NCBI GenBank assembly: GCA_963629085.1
Contig: CAVGHS010000001.1
Location: 12,222 to 76,221, forward strand
DNA: 64,000 nt
Reading direction: 5' to 3'
Source of the DNA: a bacterium
GTDB lineage: Bacteria; Bacillota; Clostridia; Lachnospirales; Lachnospiraceae
The position numbers and the translations under genes were made by a program. Position 1 is the stretch's first letter; the number at the start of each line of letters is the position of its first letter. Below, one piece after another: positions 1-10,228 of the stretch. The notes under the pieces were generated by a model. It saw nothing but the letters and a program-made list of their open reading frames with translations. It had not been told where the DNA came from and searched no databases.

Positions 1-37
1 GGGGAGTGCAATGGTCTGACAGAGGAGTGGCAAAAGA

Positions 38-1648
38 ATGAAAAAACGGACCTATGAGAAAAAAGCACATGTGAAAAACGGTATTGCAAGACTCTTTTTC
101 TCCGTACTTGCGATCGCTTTGGAGATTGCCTTTATCGTCGTGATCTTTACAAAATTAAATGATTATGCCGAGTGGATTAACATTGCTACGCGTGTGCTTG
201 CAACCATCCTGGTCGTCTGCATTTATGCGCAGGATCGGACAAGCAGTATGAAGACCCCCTGGATCATGCTGATCCTAGCCTTTCCGATCTTTGGCATCAT
301 TATGTATCTTCTGGTCGGTCTGAATGGTCATACCTATAAGATGCGGCAGCGCTATGATACCGTGGACGCAGTCGTTCTGCCTATGCTGGCGCAGGAACCG
401 GGGGAATGCCATGTGAAGTCCTCCATGGAAGAACTGCGGGAGAGGAACGAACAACTGGCAAGTATCTCCTATTATTTACAGGAAAAGAGCGGATTTCCGG
501 TTTATGCAGATTGTCCCATCACCTATTATGATGAGGCTTACAAGGGTTTTGAGGCACAAAAAGAAGCCTTAAAAAAGGCAAAGCATTTTATCTTTATGGA
601 GTATTTTGCCATAGAGCAGGCAGAAGCCTGGAATCAGGTACAGGATATTTTAGTCGAGCGGGTCAAGGCAGGCGTGGAAGTCCGTGTATTCTATGATGAT
701 ATCGGAAGTATCGCTTTTATCAACGGAGATTTTGCCAAGCACCTCAATGCGCTGGGTATCCAGTGCCGTATCTTCAACCCTTTTATGCCGGGTCTGAATT
801 TCTTTTTAAATAACAGAGACCACAGAAAGATCATGGTCATTGACGGATTGGTCGGTTTTACCGGCGGCTATAATATGGCAAATGAATACTTTAATCTGAC
901 CCATCCTTATGGCTACTGGAAAGATACGGGCGTGAAGATCACAGGGCTGGCAGTGCGGAGCCTTACGGCGACCTTCTTGGAAAACTGGAATGCGGTCAAG
1001 GACAACGATATTGATGATGCCGATTTTGGCAAATATCTGGATCAGCCCTATGCGGATCTGGAAACTGTGACGGAACCGGTTGGAGAGAGCGGACAAAGCA
1101 TGGCTTATGTGCAGCCTTATGCAGACCGCCCTATGGATAACGAGCAGGTGGGCGAGGAGGTCTATATCAGCCTGGTCAATAAGGCGACCAGGTATTGCTG
1201 GTTTGTCACGCCTTACCTCATCCTGACCGATGAGATGGTACATGCCATCCGTCTGGCAAAAAAGAGGGGCGTGGATGTGCGCATCATCACACCGGCGATC
1301 CCGGACAAACGCATTGTCTATGCCGTGACCAGGTCTTACTATCATTGTCTGGCAAAGCACGGTGTCCGCATCTATGAATATACACCGGGCTTCTGCCATG
1401 CCAAGATGTGTGTGGTGGATGACGTGGCAGCCACTTGTGGCACGATCAATCTGGACTACCGCAGTCTCTATCATCATTTTGAAAATGGCTGCATGTATGC
1501 TTATGGGGCGGCAGTCTTAGAGACCAAAGCGGATATGGAATCCATGATGCGGGAAAGTCTGGAAGTTACCGAAAAGTACAATACCGGACGCAGCCAGGGC
1601 ATGCGTTTTATCCAGATGCTCCTGCGTCTGATCGCACCACTGTTATAA
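38..1648 (+). CDS. cls: Cardiolipin synthase (phospholipase D family)
   Basis: N-terminal TM helices and two HKD motifs (HRKIMVIDG, HAKMCVVD). Confidence 0.9.
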   Translation: MKKRTYEKKAHVKNGIARLFFSVLAIALEIAFIVVIFTKLNDYAEWINIATRVLATILVVCIYAQDRTSSMKTPWIMLILAFPIFGIIMYLLVGLNGHTYKMRQRYDTVDAVVLPMLAQEPGECHVKSSMEELRERNEQLASISYYLQEKSGFPVYADCPITYYDEAYKGFEAQKEALKKAKHFIFMEYFAIEQAEAWNQVQDILVERVKAGVEVRVFYDDIGSIAFINGDFAKHLNALGIQCRIFNPFMPGLNFFLNNRDHRKIMVIDGLVGFTGGYNMANEYFNLTHPYGYWKDTGVKITGLAVRSLTATFLENWNAVKDNDIDDADFGKYLDQPYADLETVTEPVGESGQSMAYVQPYADRPMDNEQVGEEVYISLVNKATRYCWFVTPYLILTDEMVHAIRLAKKRGVDVRIITPAIPDKRIVYAVTRSYYHCLAKHGVRIYEYTPGFCHAKMCVVDDVAATCGTINLDYRSLYHHFENGCMYAYGAAVLETKADMESMMRESLEVTEKYNTGRSQGMRFIQMLLRLIAPLL

Positions 1649-1675
1649 AAAGAAGAGGAGTTTACAAAAGAGAGT

Positions 1676-4489
1676 ATGGGTCAGGGAATCTTAATTTTTC
1701 AAGCAATCGTGACGATCGCCTGTATCGCCTTTGTTCTGGCGGCAGGGATCCAGAAGTCCAACCGTCTTTCCAAATTGATGTTGATCGTGGCATTTTTATG
1801 CCTGATCGAAAATGCGGCATATCTGATGGAAATACAGGCAGATTCGATTTCTGCCACCTTGCTGATCATGAAACTGCGCTATATCGGTGTGGCATTTATT
1901 GATACCTTTTTTCTCCTTTTTTGTATGCGCTATACCGGCAAAAAGATACACGGGCATCTGGTCGGTGTTATGCTTTTAGCAGATATCATTGTCATGCTCA
2001 GTGCATGGACCGGCCAGTATCATACGCTCTTTTATCGGAATGTCTATTATGTGACTGCAGGCAGTCTGACCTATCTGCACAGGGTTTACGGACCGGTCAT
2101 CTATTTTAACTCCGTCTATAATGCGTGTCAGATCTTTGCCTGCGCGGGGCTGGCGCTCCAGGGCTGGCGCGAGGCAAAGGATGACAAATATCGCCGCAGT
2201 TGCAAGATGCTCTTTTTCTGTGTCCTGCTGCCTTTTGTGGTCATTCCTATCCGTCTTTCGGGACTGGATCGGGGCTATGAACTCATTCCGTCTTTGAACG
2301 CGGTCGGTATCATCCTTTTCTTTTCCTCTGCCATGGTGCAGGATATGTTTGATATCTCCCGTGTGGCACACAACAATATCTTTGAAAATATGCATGAGCC
2401 GATCATCATTGTCAATGGCAATTATGGCTTTGTAGAAGCAAACGCAAAGGCAAAAGAACTTTTCCCATCCCTGAGAGAACAACGGCAGGGGCAACTTTTG
2501 ACCGAGACCAAACTTTTGTCCTATCTGCGTACCGGGATCGCCAATAAGATGTATTTAGGCGAGCAGGTCTATGACGTGCATATCGACCAGATCTATGAGG
2601 AGGATGTCCTCATGGGCTATTCCATCCTCCTCATGGATATGACGGATGAGGAAAAGCAGATGAAGCGGATCCAGTCTCTTGTGACAGCCGCCAACGAAGC
2701 CAATCAGGCAAAGAGTGATTTTATCGCCAGTATGTCACACGAACTGCGGACTCCGATCAACTCCATCATGGGCATGAATGAGATGATCCTGCGCGAGGCA
2801 AAGGAACCACAGATCTTGCAATATGGAAAAGATGTGGAGAGTGCGGCAAATATGCTGCTGAGTCTGGTAAATGACATTTTGGATTCTTCCAAGTTATCGA
2901 CCGGCAAACTCAATATCCTTCCGGTACATTATGATCTGGGCAATATGCTGTCCGATCTCTATCAGATGTTGTCGCCGCATGCAAAGAAAAAGGATCTGAC
3001 CTTTCAGGTCGTGGTGGATCCAAACCTGCCGCGTGCTTATATCGGGGATGATATCCGTATCCGTCAGGTCTTGATCAATCTTTTGACCAATGCCATCAAG
3101 TACACAGCCCGGGGCAGTGTGACCTTTTTTGTGGAGCCGGTGCATACGACGGAAAATGCAGATCCGGGCGTGCGCTTTTCGGTCAAAGATACCGGAAATG
3201 GCATCAAACCGGAAAAGATCCCACAGATCTATGAACGCTTTGACCGTGTAGAGGAAGCGGCAGTCCGCCATATTGAAGGCAGCGGTCTGGGACTGAGTAT
3301 TTCTTCTTCCCTTTTACAGTTGATGGGAAGCAAGCTGGATGTCTGGAGCCAGGAAGGTGTCGGCAGTGACTTTTCCTTTGTCTTGTACCAGCCGGTAGCG
3401 GATCCGACACCGATCGGGGAGTTTGAGCAGATGGTGGCACAGAATGTGGCATATGAGGAGTTCGCCTCCGGATTTGTAGCACCAAAAGCCCGGATCCTTC
3501 TGGTTGATGACAACGAGATGAACCGACGTGTCTTTGTGGAACTCTTAAAGGAGAGCAAGATACAGATCACTGAGGCAGACAGCGGTGCGCAGTGTCTGCG
3601 CCTGACAAAAGAACATGCCTATGATCTGATCTTTTTGGATCATATGATGCCGGAAATGGATGGTATCGAGACGCGGCGCCATATGCTTGCGGATGAGGGC
3701 AATCTCTGTCAGCAGGTGCCGATCGTCATGTTGACTGCAAATGTGACTGCGGGTGCGAGAGAAAAGTATCTGGCAGAGGGCTTCTGTGACTTTTTGCCAA
3801 AGCCGATCCTTTATGACCAATTGGAAAAGATGCTTTTGACCTATCTGCCAAAAGAACTGGTGGAAAAAGGGCAGATGGAAGATCCAGATCAGGCGCAGGC
3901 AGATATGGAACTGCCCCAGATCGAGGAGTTTGATGCGGAATATGCCATGCTGATCTGGAAGAACCCATCGCGCTATCGTACCGGCTTGCAGGAATTTGCC
4001 CGTGATCTCGCGAGAACGCAGGAAAAGTTGACGACTCTTTTTGAGGCAACATGGACGGATGAGACAAAAGAGGACTACAGACGCTGCATCCACACCCTAA
4101 AGGGAACGGCGGCGACTGTGGGAGCCCTGCTTTTGTCAAAGACAGCCCGCCTGCAAGAGATAGCGCTGGGCGGTGGACAGACCGATCAGGTGCAGACCCT
4201 GCATCCTATGCTCATGGAGCAGATCAGGGACGCCAGAAGGCACTTGGCGGACTATTTCAAAGATCACAAGGATACGACGGCGGAGACCAAGGAAAATCTC
4301 TTGGAAATGATGCAGTCTGCACTGGAAAATCAGGATCTACAGGCGGTGGATTTCCTTTACCGGCAGTTGCAGGCAAGTGCCTGGAGTGTGGATGCGGCAT
4401 CGGTGCTGGCGACACTGGGACAGGATCTGGCGGAATTTTCCTGGGATTCTGCGGCACGCAAGGTGGAAATCCTGCGGACTTTCTGCTAA
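1676..4489 (+). CDS. Hybrid sensor histidine kinase (N-terminal multi-TM/7TM-like sensor, PAS-like, HisKA, HATPase, receiver, Hpt-like)
   Basis: H-box MSHELRTP, N-box NLLTNAIKYT, DTGNG and GSGLGL boxes, receiver LLVDD...DHMMPEMDG, C-terminal HTLKG. Confidence 0.9.
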   Translation: MGQGILIFQAIVTIACIAFVLAAGIQKSNRLSKLMLIVAFLCLIENAAYLMEIQADSISATLLIMKLRYIGVAFIDTFFLLFCMRYTGKKIHGHLVGVMLLADIIVMLSAWTGQYHTLFYRNVYYVTAGSLTYLHRVYGPVIYFNSVYNACQIFACAGLALQGWREAKDDKYRRSCKMLFFCVLLPFVVIPIRLSGLDRGYELIPSLNAVGIILFFSSAMVQDMFDISRVAHNNIFENMHEPIIIVNGNYGFVEANAKAKELFPSLREQRQGQLLTETKLLSYLRTGIANKMYLGEQVYDVHIDQIYEEDVLMGYSILLMDMTDEEKQMKRIQSLVTAANEANQAKSDFIASMSHELRTPINSIMGMNEMILREAKEPQILQYGKDVESAANMLLSLVNDILDSSKLSTGKLNILPVHYDLGNMLSDLYQMLSPHAKKKDLTFQVVVDPNLPRAYIGDDIRIRQVLINLLTNAIKYTARGSVTFFVEPVHTTENADPGVRFSVKDTGNGIKPEKIPQIYERFDRVEEAAVRHIEGSGLGLSISSSLLQLMGSKLDVWSQEGVGSDFSFVLYQPVADPTPIGEFEQMVAQNVAYEEFASGFVAPKARILLVDDNEMNRRVFVELLKESKIQITEADSGAQCLRLTKEHAYDLIFLDHMMPEMDGIETRRHMLADEGNLCQQVPIVMLTANVTAGAREKYLAEGFCDFLPKPILYDQLEKMLLTYLPKELVEKGQMEDPDQAQADMELPQIEEFDAEYAMLIWKNPSRYRTGLQEFARDLARTQEKLTTLFEATWTDETKEDYRRCIHTLKGTAATVGALLLSKTARLQEIALGGGQTDQVQTLHPMLMEQIRDARRHLADYFKDHKDTTAETKENLLEMMQSALENQDLQAVDFLYRQLQASAWSVDAASVLATLGQDLAEFSWDSAARKVEILRTFC

Positions 4490-4527
4490 GATAGGTAGGC
4501 GAAAAAGAGAAAAAGGATAGGTTAGAA

Positions 4528-5322
4528 ATGAAGCAAAAGGTAAAACTGATCGCATCGGATCTGGACGGCACGCTTTTACAGAATTATATGCCGGATTGTT
4601 CCGAGGAGGCGATCGAACTGATCACGGCACTGACGAAAAAGGGCGTGATCTTTGTGCCTGCCAGCGGCAGACAATATTTTAACTTATATAATATGTTCAA
4701 AAAGGTGGATGGGGATGTCATGTATCTCTGTGAAAACGGAGCCTTGGTCTTTTATCGGGACAGGGTTCTGCTCAAACGGGAGTTTGACAGAGATTTAGCC
4801 TTGGAACTTTGTCATATGGTCATTGACGATCCAAAATGTGAAGTACTGATCTCCGGGGAGCGCACCTGTTATGTGGTGCCAAAGACGGATGATTATGTGG
4901 ATTATCTGAGAAACCACATCAAAAACGATGTGACCGTGATCGGAGCACCGGAGGAGATCACGGAGCCGATCATCAAAGTGTCGTATTTTACCCCAAAGGA
5001 CTACCGGGATCAGGTGACGGCATATTTTACCGAAAAGATCGCCGGCAGATGCCAGTTGATGGTATCCGGTAATGAGTGGGCGGACTTTGCACCGCTCGGC
5101 GCCAATAAGGGAACGGCACTCGCTGCCATCGGTCAACAGATGGGAATCGCACCGGAAGAAATGGTCGCATTTGGTGACAACGAAAACGACCGTTCTATGT
5201 TGGAATTTGTAGGACAACCTTATCTAATGCAAAAATGCAATCCGACCATGGAGGATGTCAAGGCGAATCGCTGTGACCGTGTGGAAGATGTTTTACGTCA
5301 GATTTTAAATGAAATGTTGTAG
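4528..5322 (+). CDS. Cof-type HAD hydrolase
   Basis: DLDGTLL motif I, ASGR, FGDNEND. Confidence 0.9.
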   Translation: MKQKVKLIASDLDGTLLQNYMPDCSEEAIELITALTKKGVIFVPASGRQYFNLYNMFKKVDGDVMYLCENGALVFYRDRVLLKREFDRDLALELCHMVIDDPKCEVLISGERTCYVVPKTDDYVDYLRNHIKNDVTVIGAPEEITEPIIKVSYFTPKDYRDQVTAYFTEKIAGRCQLMVSGNEWADFAPLGANKGTALAAIGQQMGIAPEEMVAFGDNENDRSMLEFVGQPYLMQKCNPTMEDVKANRCDRVEDVLRQILNEML

Positions 5323-5357
5323 ATACAACATATTTTTTCGGACAAATGTCTTATGAT
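5314..5357 (+). promoter_or_regulatory. Crp/Fnr-type (HcpR) palindrome TGTTGT-N4-ACAACA with downstream -10 TATGAT
   Basis: ATGTTGTagatACAACAT at 5314-5331 and TATGAT at 5352-5357; same motif and spacing as upstream of hcp. Confidence 0.65.
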
Positions 5358-5391
5358 CGAGTCATCTTAGGAAACAAAAGGAGAATAGATC

Positions 5392-6096
5392 ATGAGAAGA
5401 AAGATTGTTCATATTGAAGAAGAAAAATGTAATGGATGTGGCTCCTGTGCGACAGCCTGCCATGAGGGAGCCATTGAGATCGTAAACGGCAAGGCAAAAC
5501 TCATCAAGGATGATTATTGTGATGGGCTTGGCGACTGCCTGCCGCATTGTCCGATGGATGCCATCCATATCATTGAAAGGGAAGCGGCAGATTATGACGA
5601 GGTCGCAGTCAAGGCGCGTATGGAAGCGGCAAAAGATCAGCCAAAGCCATTCGTATGCCCGGGCAGCATGGCAAAAGCCATTGCACATGAGGATGTACCG
5701 GAGGATGCGGCAGTGACAAAGGCTGCAAGTGTCAGCCGTCTTGCCAACTGGCCGGTGCAGATCAAACTGGCTCCGCCACAGGCACCTTATTTTGACGGTG
5801 CCAGACTTCTGATCGCGGCAGACTGTACGGCATATGCTTATGCAGCCTTCCATGAGGAATTTATCAAGGGGCATGTGGCGTTGATCGGTTGCCCAAAGTT
5901 GGATGCGATCGATTACAGTGAAAAATTAACGGAGATCATCAAGGCAAATGACATTAAGAGCGTGACGATCGTGCGTATGGAAGTACCGTGTTGCGGCGGG
6001 CTGGAGTATGCAGCCAAGACTGCTTTACAAAACAGCGGCAAATTCCTTCCTTGGCAGGTCGTGACCATCTCCATTGATGGCAGGATCCTTGATTAA
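5392..6096 (+). CDS. 4Fe-4S dicluster (ferredoxin-like) iron-sulfur protein
   Basis: CNGCGSCATAC and CDGLGDCLPHCP motifs; C-terminal AADC, GCPKLD, MEVPCC. Confidence 0.85.
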   Translation: MRRKIVHIEEEKCNGCGSCATACHEGAIEIVNGKAKLIKDDYCDGLGDCLPHCPMDAIHIIEREAADYDEVAVKARMEAAKDQPKPFVCPGSMAKAIAHEDVPEDAAVTKAASVSRLANWPVQIKLAPPQAPYFDGARLLIAADCTAYAYAAFHEEFIKGHVALIGCPKLDAIDYSEKLTEIIKANDIKSVTIVRMEVPCCGGLEYAAKTALQNSGKFLPWQVVTISIDGRILD

Positions 6097-6102
6097 GGGA
6101 AA

Positions 6103-6684
6103 ATGTTGACAGAACTGATTATTGCCTTAGAAAATGAAGAAATCGAGGTCGAGATTGTAAGATCCAAGCGAAGAAGCATGGCGCTTCAGATCCGGACGGA
6201 TGGATCTGTCCTTGCGCGTGTACCCATGCGGATTTCAGATCGGACCATCCGTCGTTTTGTGACCTCGCACGCCCGTTGGATTGAGGAGAACCGCAGCCGG
6301 ATGTTTGCGAGAAGACAGCATCTGGCAGAAAATCCTTATGACATCCCGGCATGGGAGAGCCTGACGGCGTCTGACAAAAAAATAGCAAAGCAAAAGATAA
6401 TAGAGCGCGTAGACTACTATGCAGACTGCATGGGAATAGACTACGGCTCTATTTCTATGCGTAATCAAAAGAGCAGGTGGGGCAGTTGCAGCAGCAAGGG
6501 GAATCTTAACTTCAATTATCGTCTGGCTTATCTGCCGCAGGAACTCTTAGACTACGTCGTGGTGCACGAACTGGCGCACCGTCGGCATATGGACCATTCC
6601 AAGGCTTTCTGGCAGGAGGTAGAGACCAACTATCCCGCTTATAAAGACTGTCGCAGGATATTAAACGATATTATGTTAGTATAA
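6103..6684 (+). CDS. M48/YgjP-like zinc metalloprotein
   Basis: SRWGSCS, YVVVHELAH (HExxH), HSKAFW. Confidence 0.85.
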   Translation: MLTELIIALENEEIEVEIVRSKRRSMALQIRTDGSVLARVPMRISDRTIRRFVTSHARWIEENRSRMFARRQHLAENPYDIPAWESLTASDKKIAKQKIIERVDYYADCMGIDYGSISMRNQKSRWGSCSSKGNLNFNYRLAYLPQELLDYVVVHELAHRRHMDHSKAFWQEVETNYPAYKDCRRILNDIMLV

Positions 6685-6694
6685 GGAGGGACAG

Positions 6695-7336
6695 ATGCGG
6701 TATTACATTGCGGATTGCCATTTTTTCCATGAGGCACTCAACCGGGAAATGGATCACAGGGGCTTTGCCTCCGTGGAAGAAATGAATGAATATATGATAA
6801 AAAGATGGAATGAAAAGGTCAGAAACCGCGATGAAGTTGTGATCTTAGGCGATCTTTCCATGGGAAATGCCGAGCAGACCAACGCTCTTTTAGATCGTTT
6901 GCAGGGCAAGTTGTTCTTGATCGTTGGCAATCATGACAACCGTTATCTGCGGAGCAAGACTTTTCATAAGGAGCGCTTTGGCTGGATCTATCCTTATGCA
7001 GAACTCCATGATGACGGGCGCAAGGTCGTCCTTTCCCATTATCCCATTGCCTGCTATAACGGGCAGTATCTGAAAAACAAAAAGGGGGAGCCGCGGACTT
7101 ATATGCTTTACGGGCATGTGCATGACAGCCATGATGAGCGCCTGATCGAGCAGTATCAGCAGATGGTGCAAAAGACCCAGATCACGGATCGTGAGGGGAA
7201 TCCCCAGTCCCTTTCTTCCCATATGCTGAATTGCTTTTGTATGTATTCGGACTACCAGCCCCTGAGTCTGGACGAGTGGATCGCGCTGACCGAGCAGCGA
7301 CTTATCCGTTGCCAGAATGTGGAAGATTCATTATAA
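6695..7336 (+). CDS. Calcineurin-like metallophosphoesterase
   Basis: DCHF, LGD, GNHD, SHYP, GHVH motifs. Confidence 0.85.
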   Translation: MRYYIADCHFFHEALNREMDHRGFASVEEMNEYMIKRWNEKVRNRDEVVILGDLSMGNAEQTNALLDRLQGKLFLIVGNHDNRYLRSKTFHKERFGWIYPYAELHDDGRKVVLSHYPIACYNGQYLKNKKGEPRTYMLYGHVHDSHDERLIEQYQQMVQKTQITDREGNPQSLSSHMLNCFCMYSDYQPLSLDEWIALTEQRLIRCQNVEDSL

Positions 7337-7372
7337 TATAAGAGTTATCATCTAAGGAGGTAATCATACGAA

Positions 7373-7948
7373 ATGAAGAAAGAAAATAAAAAAATGGCGC
7401 AGGAGAGAAGAGCCGCAGAACGTAAAAAACAGGCAACCATGCGCTTGGTGAGAAATGCCATCATCATCGCACTTATCGTTGCATTTTTTGTCGGCATGAT
7501 CGTCTATGGCGTGATCGACAGCCGTAAGCAAAAGGCGGCTGCTGAGGCAAATGATACCCAGCAGACAACGACAGATACCACTGAGGATTCCACCACACAG
7601 GATGCTTCGGATACGACAAAGACGACATTACTTACAGATACCAGTCTGGAAGTCAAGGAAGGCGACACGGTCAATATCGACTATTCCGGCAGTATTGACG
7701 GCTATGTTTTCCAGGGAGGAACCGCAGAAGGACAGGATCTGACCATTGGATCCCATACTTTTATCGATGACTTTGAGGAGCAGTTGGAGGGTCATAAGGT
7801 AGGAGAGACTGTTGAGGTCAATGTGACTTTCCCGGAAAATTACGGACGTTCTTACACAGACGATAATGGCGAGACCAAGAGTTTCAATGGGGCTGAGGCA
7901 GTCTTTACCGTCAAGATCAACGGAATATACGGACAGGCAGAAGAATAA
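7373..7948 (+). CDS. Membrane-anchored FKBP-type peptidyl-prolyl isomerase (trigger-factor-like FKBP domain only)
   Basis: TM helix, Thr/Asp linker, [38 protein letters not shown]. Confidence 0.8.
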   Translation: MKKENKKMAQERRAAERKKQATMRLVRNAIIIALIVAFFVGMIVYGVIDSRKQKAAAEANDTQQTTTDTTEDSTTQDASDTTKTTLLTDTSLEVKEGDTVNIDYSGSIDGYVFQGGTAEGQDLTIGSHTFIDDFEEQLEGHKVGETVEVNVTFPENYGRSYTDDNGETKSFNGAEAVFTVKINGIYGQAEE

Positions 7949-7962
7949 GGGAGGAAAAGCAA

Positions 7963-8988
7963 ATGAGAAACATTACCTTAGGAAGCACAGGGATCACAGT
8001 GCCGCAGAATGCCTTTGGGGCACTCCCGATCCAGCGTATCAGTGCTGAGGATGCAGCGGGACTTTTGAAAAAGGCATACGAGGGCGGTATGCGGTTTTTT
8101 GACACGGCGAGAGCCTACAGCGACAGCGAAGAAAAAATGGGCTTGGGACTTGCGGATGTCAGAGAAAATATCTACATCGCCTCCAAGACGGCAACCAAGA
8201 CACCGGAAGGATTCTGGAAAGATCTGGAGACTACACTGGGCAACTTAAAGACCGATTATCTGGATATCTACCAGTTCCATTGTGCAGACCGCGTTTTTGC
8301 ACCGGGGGATGACACAGGTATGTATGAGGCAATGCTGGAGGCAAAAGCCCAGGGCAAGATCCGTCATATCGGTATCACGGCACACAAGATCGGTATTGCA
8401 GAGGACATCATCGAATCCGGTCTGTATGAGACCTTGCAGTTCCCATTTTCTTATCTGTCAGCGGACAGAGAACTGGCACTGGTGGAGAACTGCCGCAAAC
8501 ACAACATGGGCTTTATCGCCATGAAAGGCTTAGCAGGAGGACTGATCAACAATTCCACCGCAGCCATGGCATATATGACACAGTTTGATAATGTCCTGCC
8601 GATCTGGGGCATCCAAAAGGAGAGCGAGTTGGACGAATGGCTTGCCTTTATGGATCAGACACCGGAAATGACCGATGAGATCCGGGCATTTATTGCCAAG
8701 GAATGTCAGGAACTGACCGGAGATTTCTGTCGTGGTTGTGGCTATTGTATGCCATGTCCGGCAGGTATCATGATCAACCAGTGCGCCCGTATGTCCCTCA
8801 TGCTCCGTCGTGCGCCGTCAGCAAACTGGCTGACCGAGGAGATGCAGGCAGAGATGAAAAAGATTGAGGGCTGTAAAGAATGTGGCGCCTGCAAAAAGAA
8901 GTGTCCGTATGAATTGGATACACCGACATTACTAAAGAAAAATTACGAGGACTACAAGCGCGTGCTTGCAGGGGAAGTAGAGGTATAA
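7963..8988 (+). CDS. Aldo/keto reductase with C-terminal 4Fe-4S motifs
   Basis: FFDTARAY, DYLDIYQFH, GKIRHIG; CRGCGYCMPCP and CKECGACKKKCP. Confidence 0.88.
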   Translation: MRNITLGSTGITVPQNAFGALPIQRISAEDAAGLLKKAYEGGMRFFDTARAYSDSEEKMGLGLADVRENIYIASKTATKTPEGFWKDLETTLGNLKTDYLDIYQFHCADRVFAPGDDTGMYEAMLEAKAQGKIRHIGITAHKIGIAEDIIESGLYETLQFPFSYLSADRELALVENCRKHNMGFIAMKGLAGGLINNSTAAMAYMTQFDNVLPIWGIQKESELDEWLAFMDQTPEMTDEIRAFIAKECQELTGDFCRGCGYCMPCPAGIMINQCARMSLMLRRAPSANWLTEEMQAEMKKIEGCKECGACKKKCPYELDTPTLLKKNYEDYKRVLAGEVEV

Positions 8989-8990
8989 AT

Positions 8991-9218
8991 ATGATCAATC
9001 CGGGAACCATGATGAAACTTATGAACGCAAAAAATACGTTTACAAACAATCACCCTAAGTTTGTAAAGTTCTTACAGGTGGTATTTTCTTCCCGCGTGGA
9101 GGAAGGAACCGTCTTTGAGATTACCGTGACCAAGCCGGGTGAGGAACCGATCACGACAAATTTTAAGGTATTACAGTCGGATCTGGAATTGATGGAGAGC
9201 CTGAAAGACTTACAGTAG
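8991..9218 (+). CDS. Small hypothetical protein
   Basis: 75-aa ORF with RBS (GAGGT), tightly packed between co-oriented genes. Confidence 0.7.
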   Translation: MINPGTMMKLMNAKNTFTNNHPKFVKFLQVVFSSRVEEGTVFEITVTKPGEEPITTNFKVLQSDLELMESLKDLQ

Positions 9219-9236
9219 CAGGCAGTGGAGTATAAA

Positions 9237-10175
9237 ATGGAAGAAAAACGTCTGGCACTTTTGATCGATGCGGAGAACGCGAGTTCCAAGTATATCGATG
9301 CCATTATCAGTGAATTAAAAAAATATGGTGTGATCACCTATCAGAGAATGTATGGGGATTTTACCAGTCCCAATCTGGCAGACTGGCACAAAAAGGCATT
9401 GAAGCATGCCATTGTGCCGATCCAGCAGCCCCGCTACTCGTCCGGCAAAAATGCATCGGACATCATGCTGGTGATCGATGCCATGGATATTTTGTATCAG
9501 GACAAGACGGATGGATTTTGTATCGTGACTTCGGACAGTGATTTTACCAGACTGGTCAACCGCCTGCGTGAAGAGGGCATGTTTGTGATCGGCATGGGCA
9601 AATCCGACGCATCCAAGACCTTTATCGCAGCCTGCAATGAGTACAAGTTTTTGGATAAGATCGTGGATGAGGAAGTCAAGGAGACTTCTAAGGCAAAGAG
9701 TCATAAGGAAAGCGCCCATGACAGCAAGGGCGATTCCATCACACCGATAGGAGAAATTAAATCAGCAATTAACGAACTGATCCAGCAGAGCGAAAATGAA
9801 GGCGAGCATGCCAATCTGGGATCTACCAAGAGCAATCTGCAAAGACTTTTCCCGGACTTTGACGAACGAAATTACGGTTACAGTTCCATGCGCACCTTTA
9901 TCGAGGAAGCGACCAAGTTTGAGACCATGCAAAAGGGCACTGCCATCTATATCCTGCGCAGCAGTGACCATGGCAAGGATATTGAAAAAGACGTACAAAA
10001 ATTTGTCCAAAAAGCGGCAGCCAGCACGGTGGAACTGGGAACACTTGGCAGAATGATCGCGACGGAATATCCGGATTTCAAATACAAGGATTACGGTTAT
10101 GCCAGACTTTCCAAGTATGTCAGCAGCGTACCGGGCGTACAGATCGAGAACAATCTGGTAACTGCCATTTTGTAG
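9237..10175 (+). CDS. NYN (PIN-like) domain protein with two OST-HTH/LOTUS domains
   Basis: LLIDAEN, YGD, GKNASDI, TSDSDF acidic motifs; two PDF..xxYGY repeats; ATG 9237 follows GGAG. Confidence 0.85.
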   Translation: MEEKRLALLIDAENASSKYIDAIISELKKYGVITYQRMYGDFTSPNLADWHKKALKHAIVPIQQPRYSSGKNASDIMLVIDAMDILYQDKTDGFCIVTSDSDFTRLVNRLREEGMFVIGMGKSDASKTFIAACNEYKFLDKIVDEEVKETSKAKSHKESAHDSKGDSITPIGEIKSAINELIQQSENEGEHANLGSTKSNLQRLFPDFDERNYGYSSMRTFIEEATKFETMQKGTAIYILRSSDHGKDIEKDVQKFVQKAAASTVELGTLGRMIATEYPDFKYKDYGYARLSKYVSSVPGVQIENNLVTAIL

Positions 10176-10228
10176 AGACAGGCGTATAGAATGCTTGTAT
10201 TTTCAAAAAATAAAGATAGGATAGCAAT

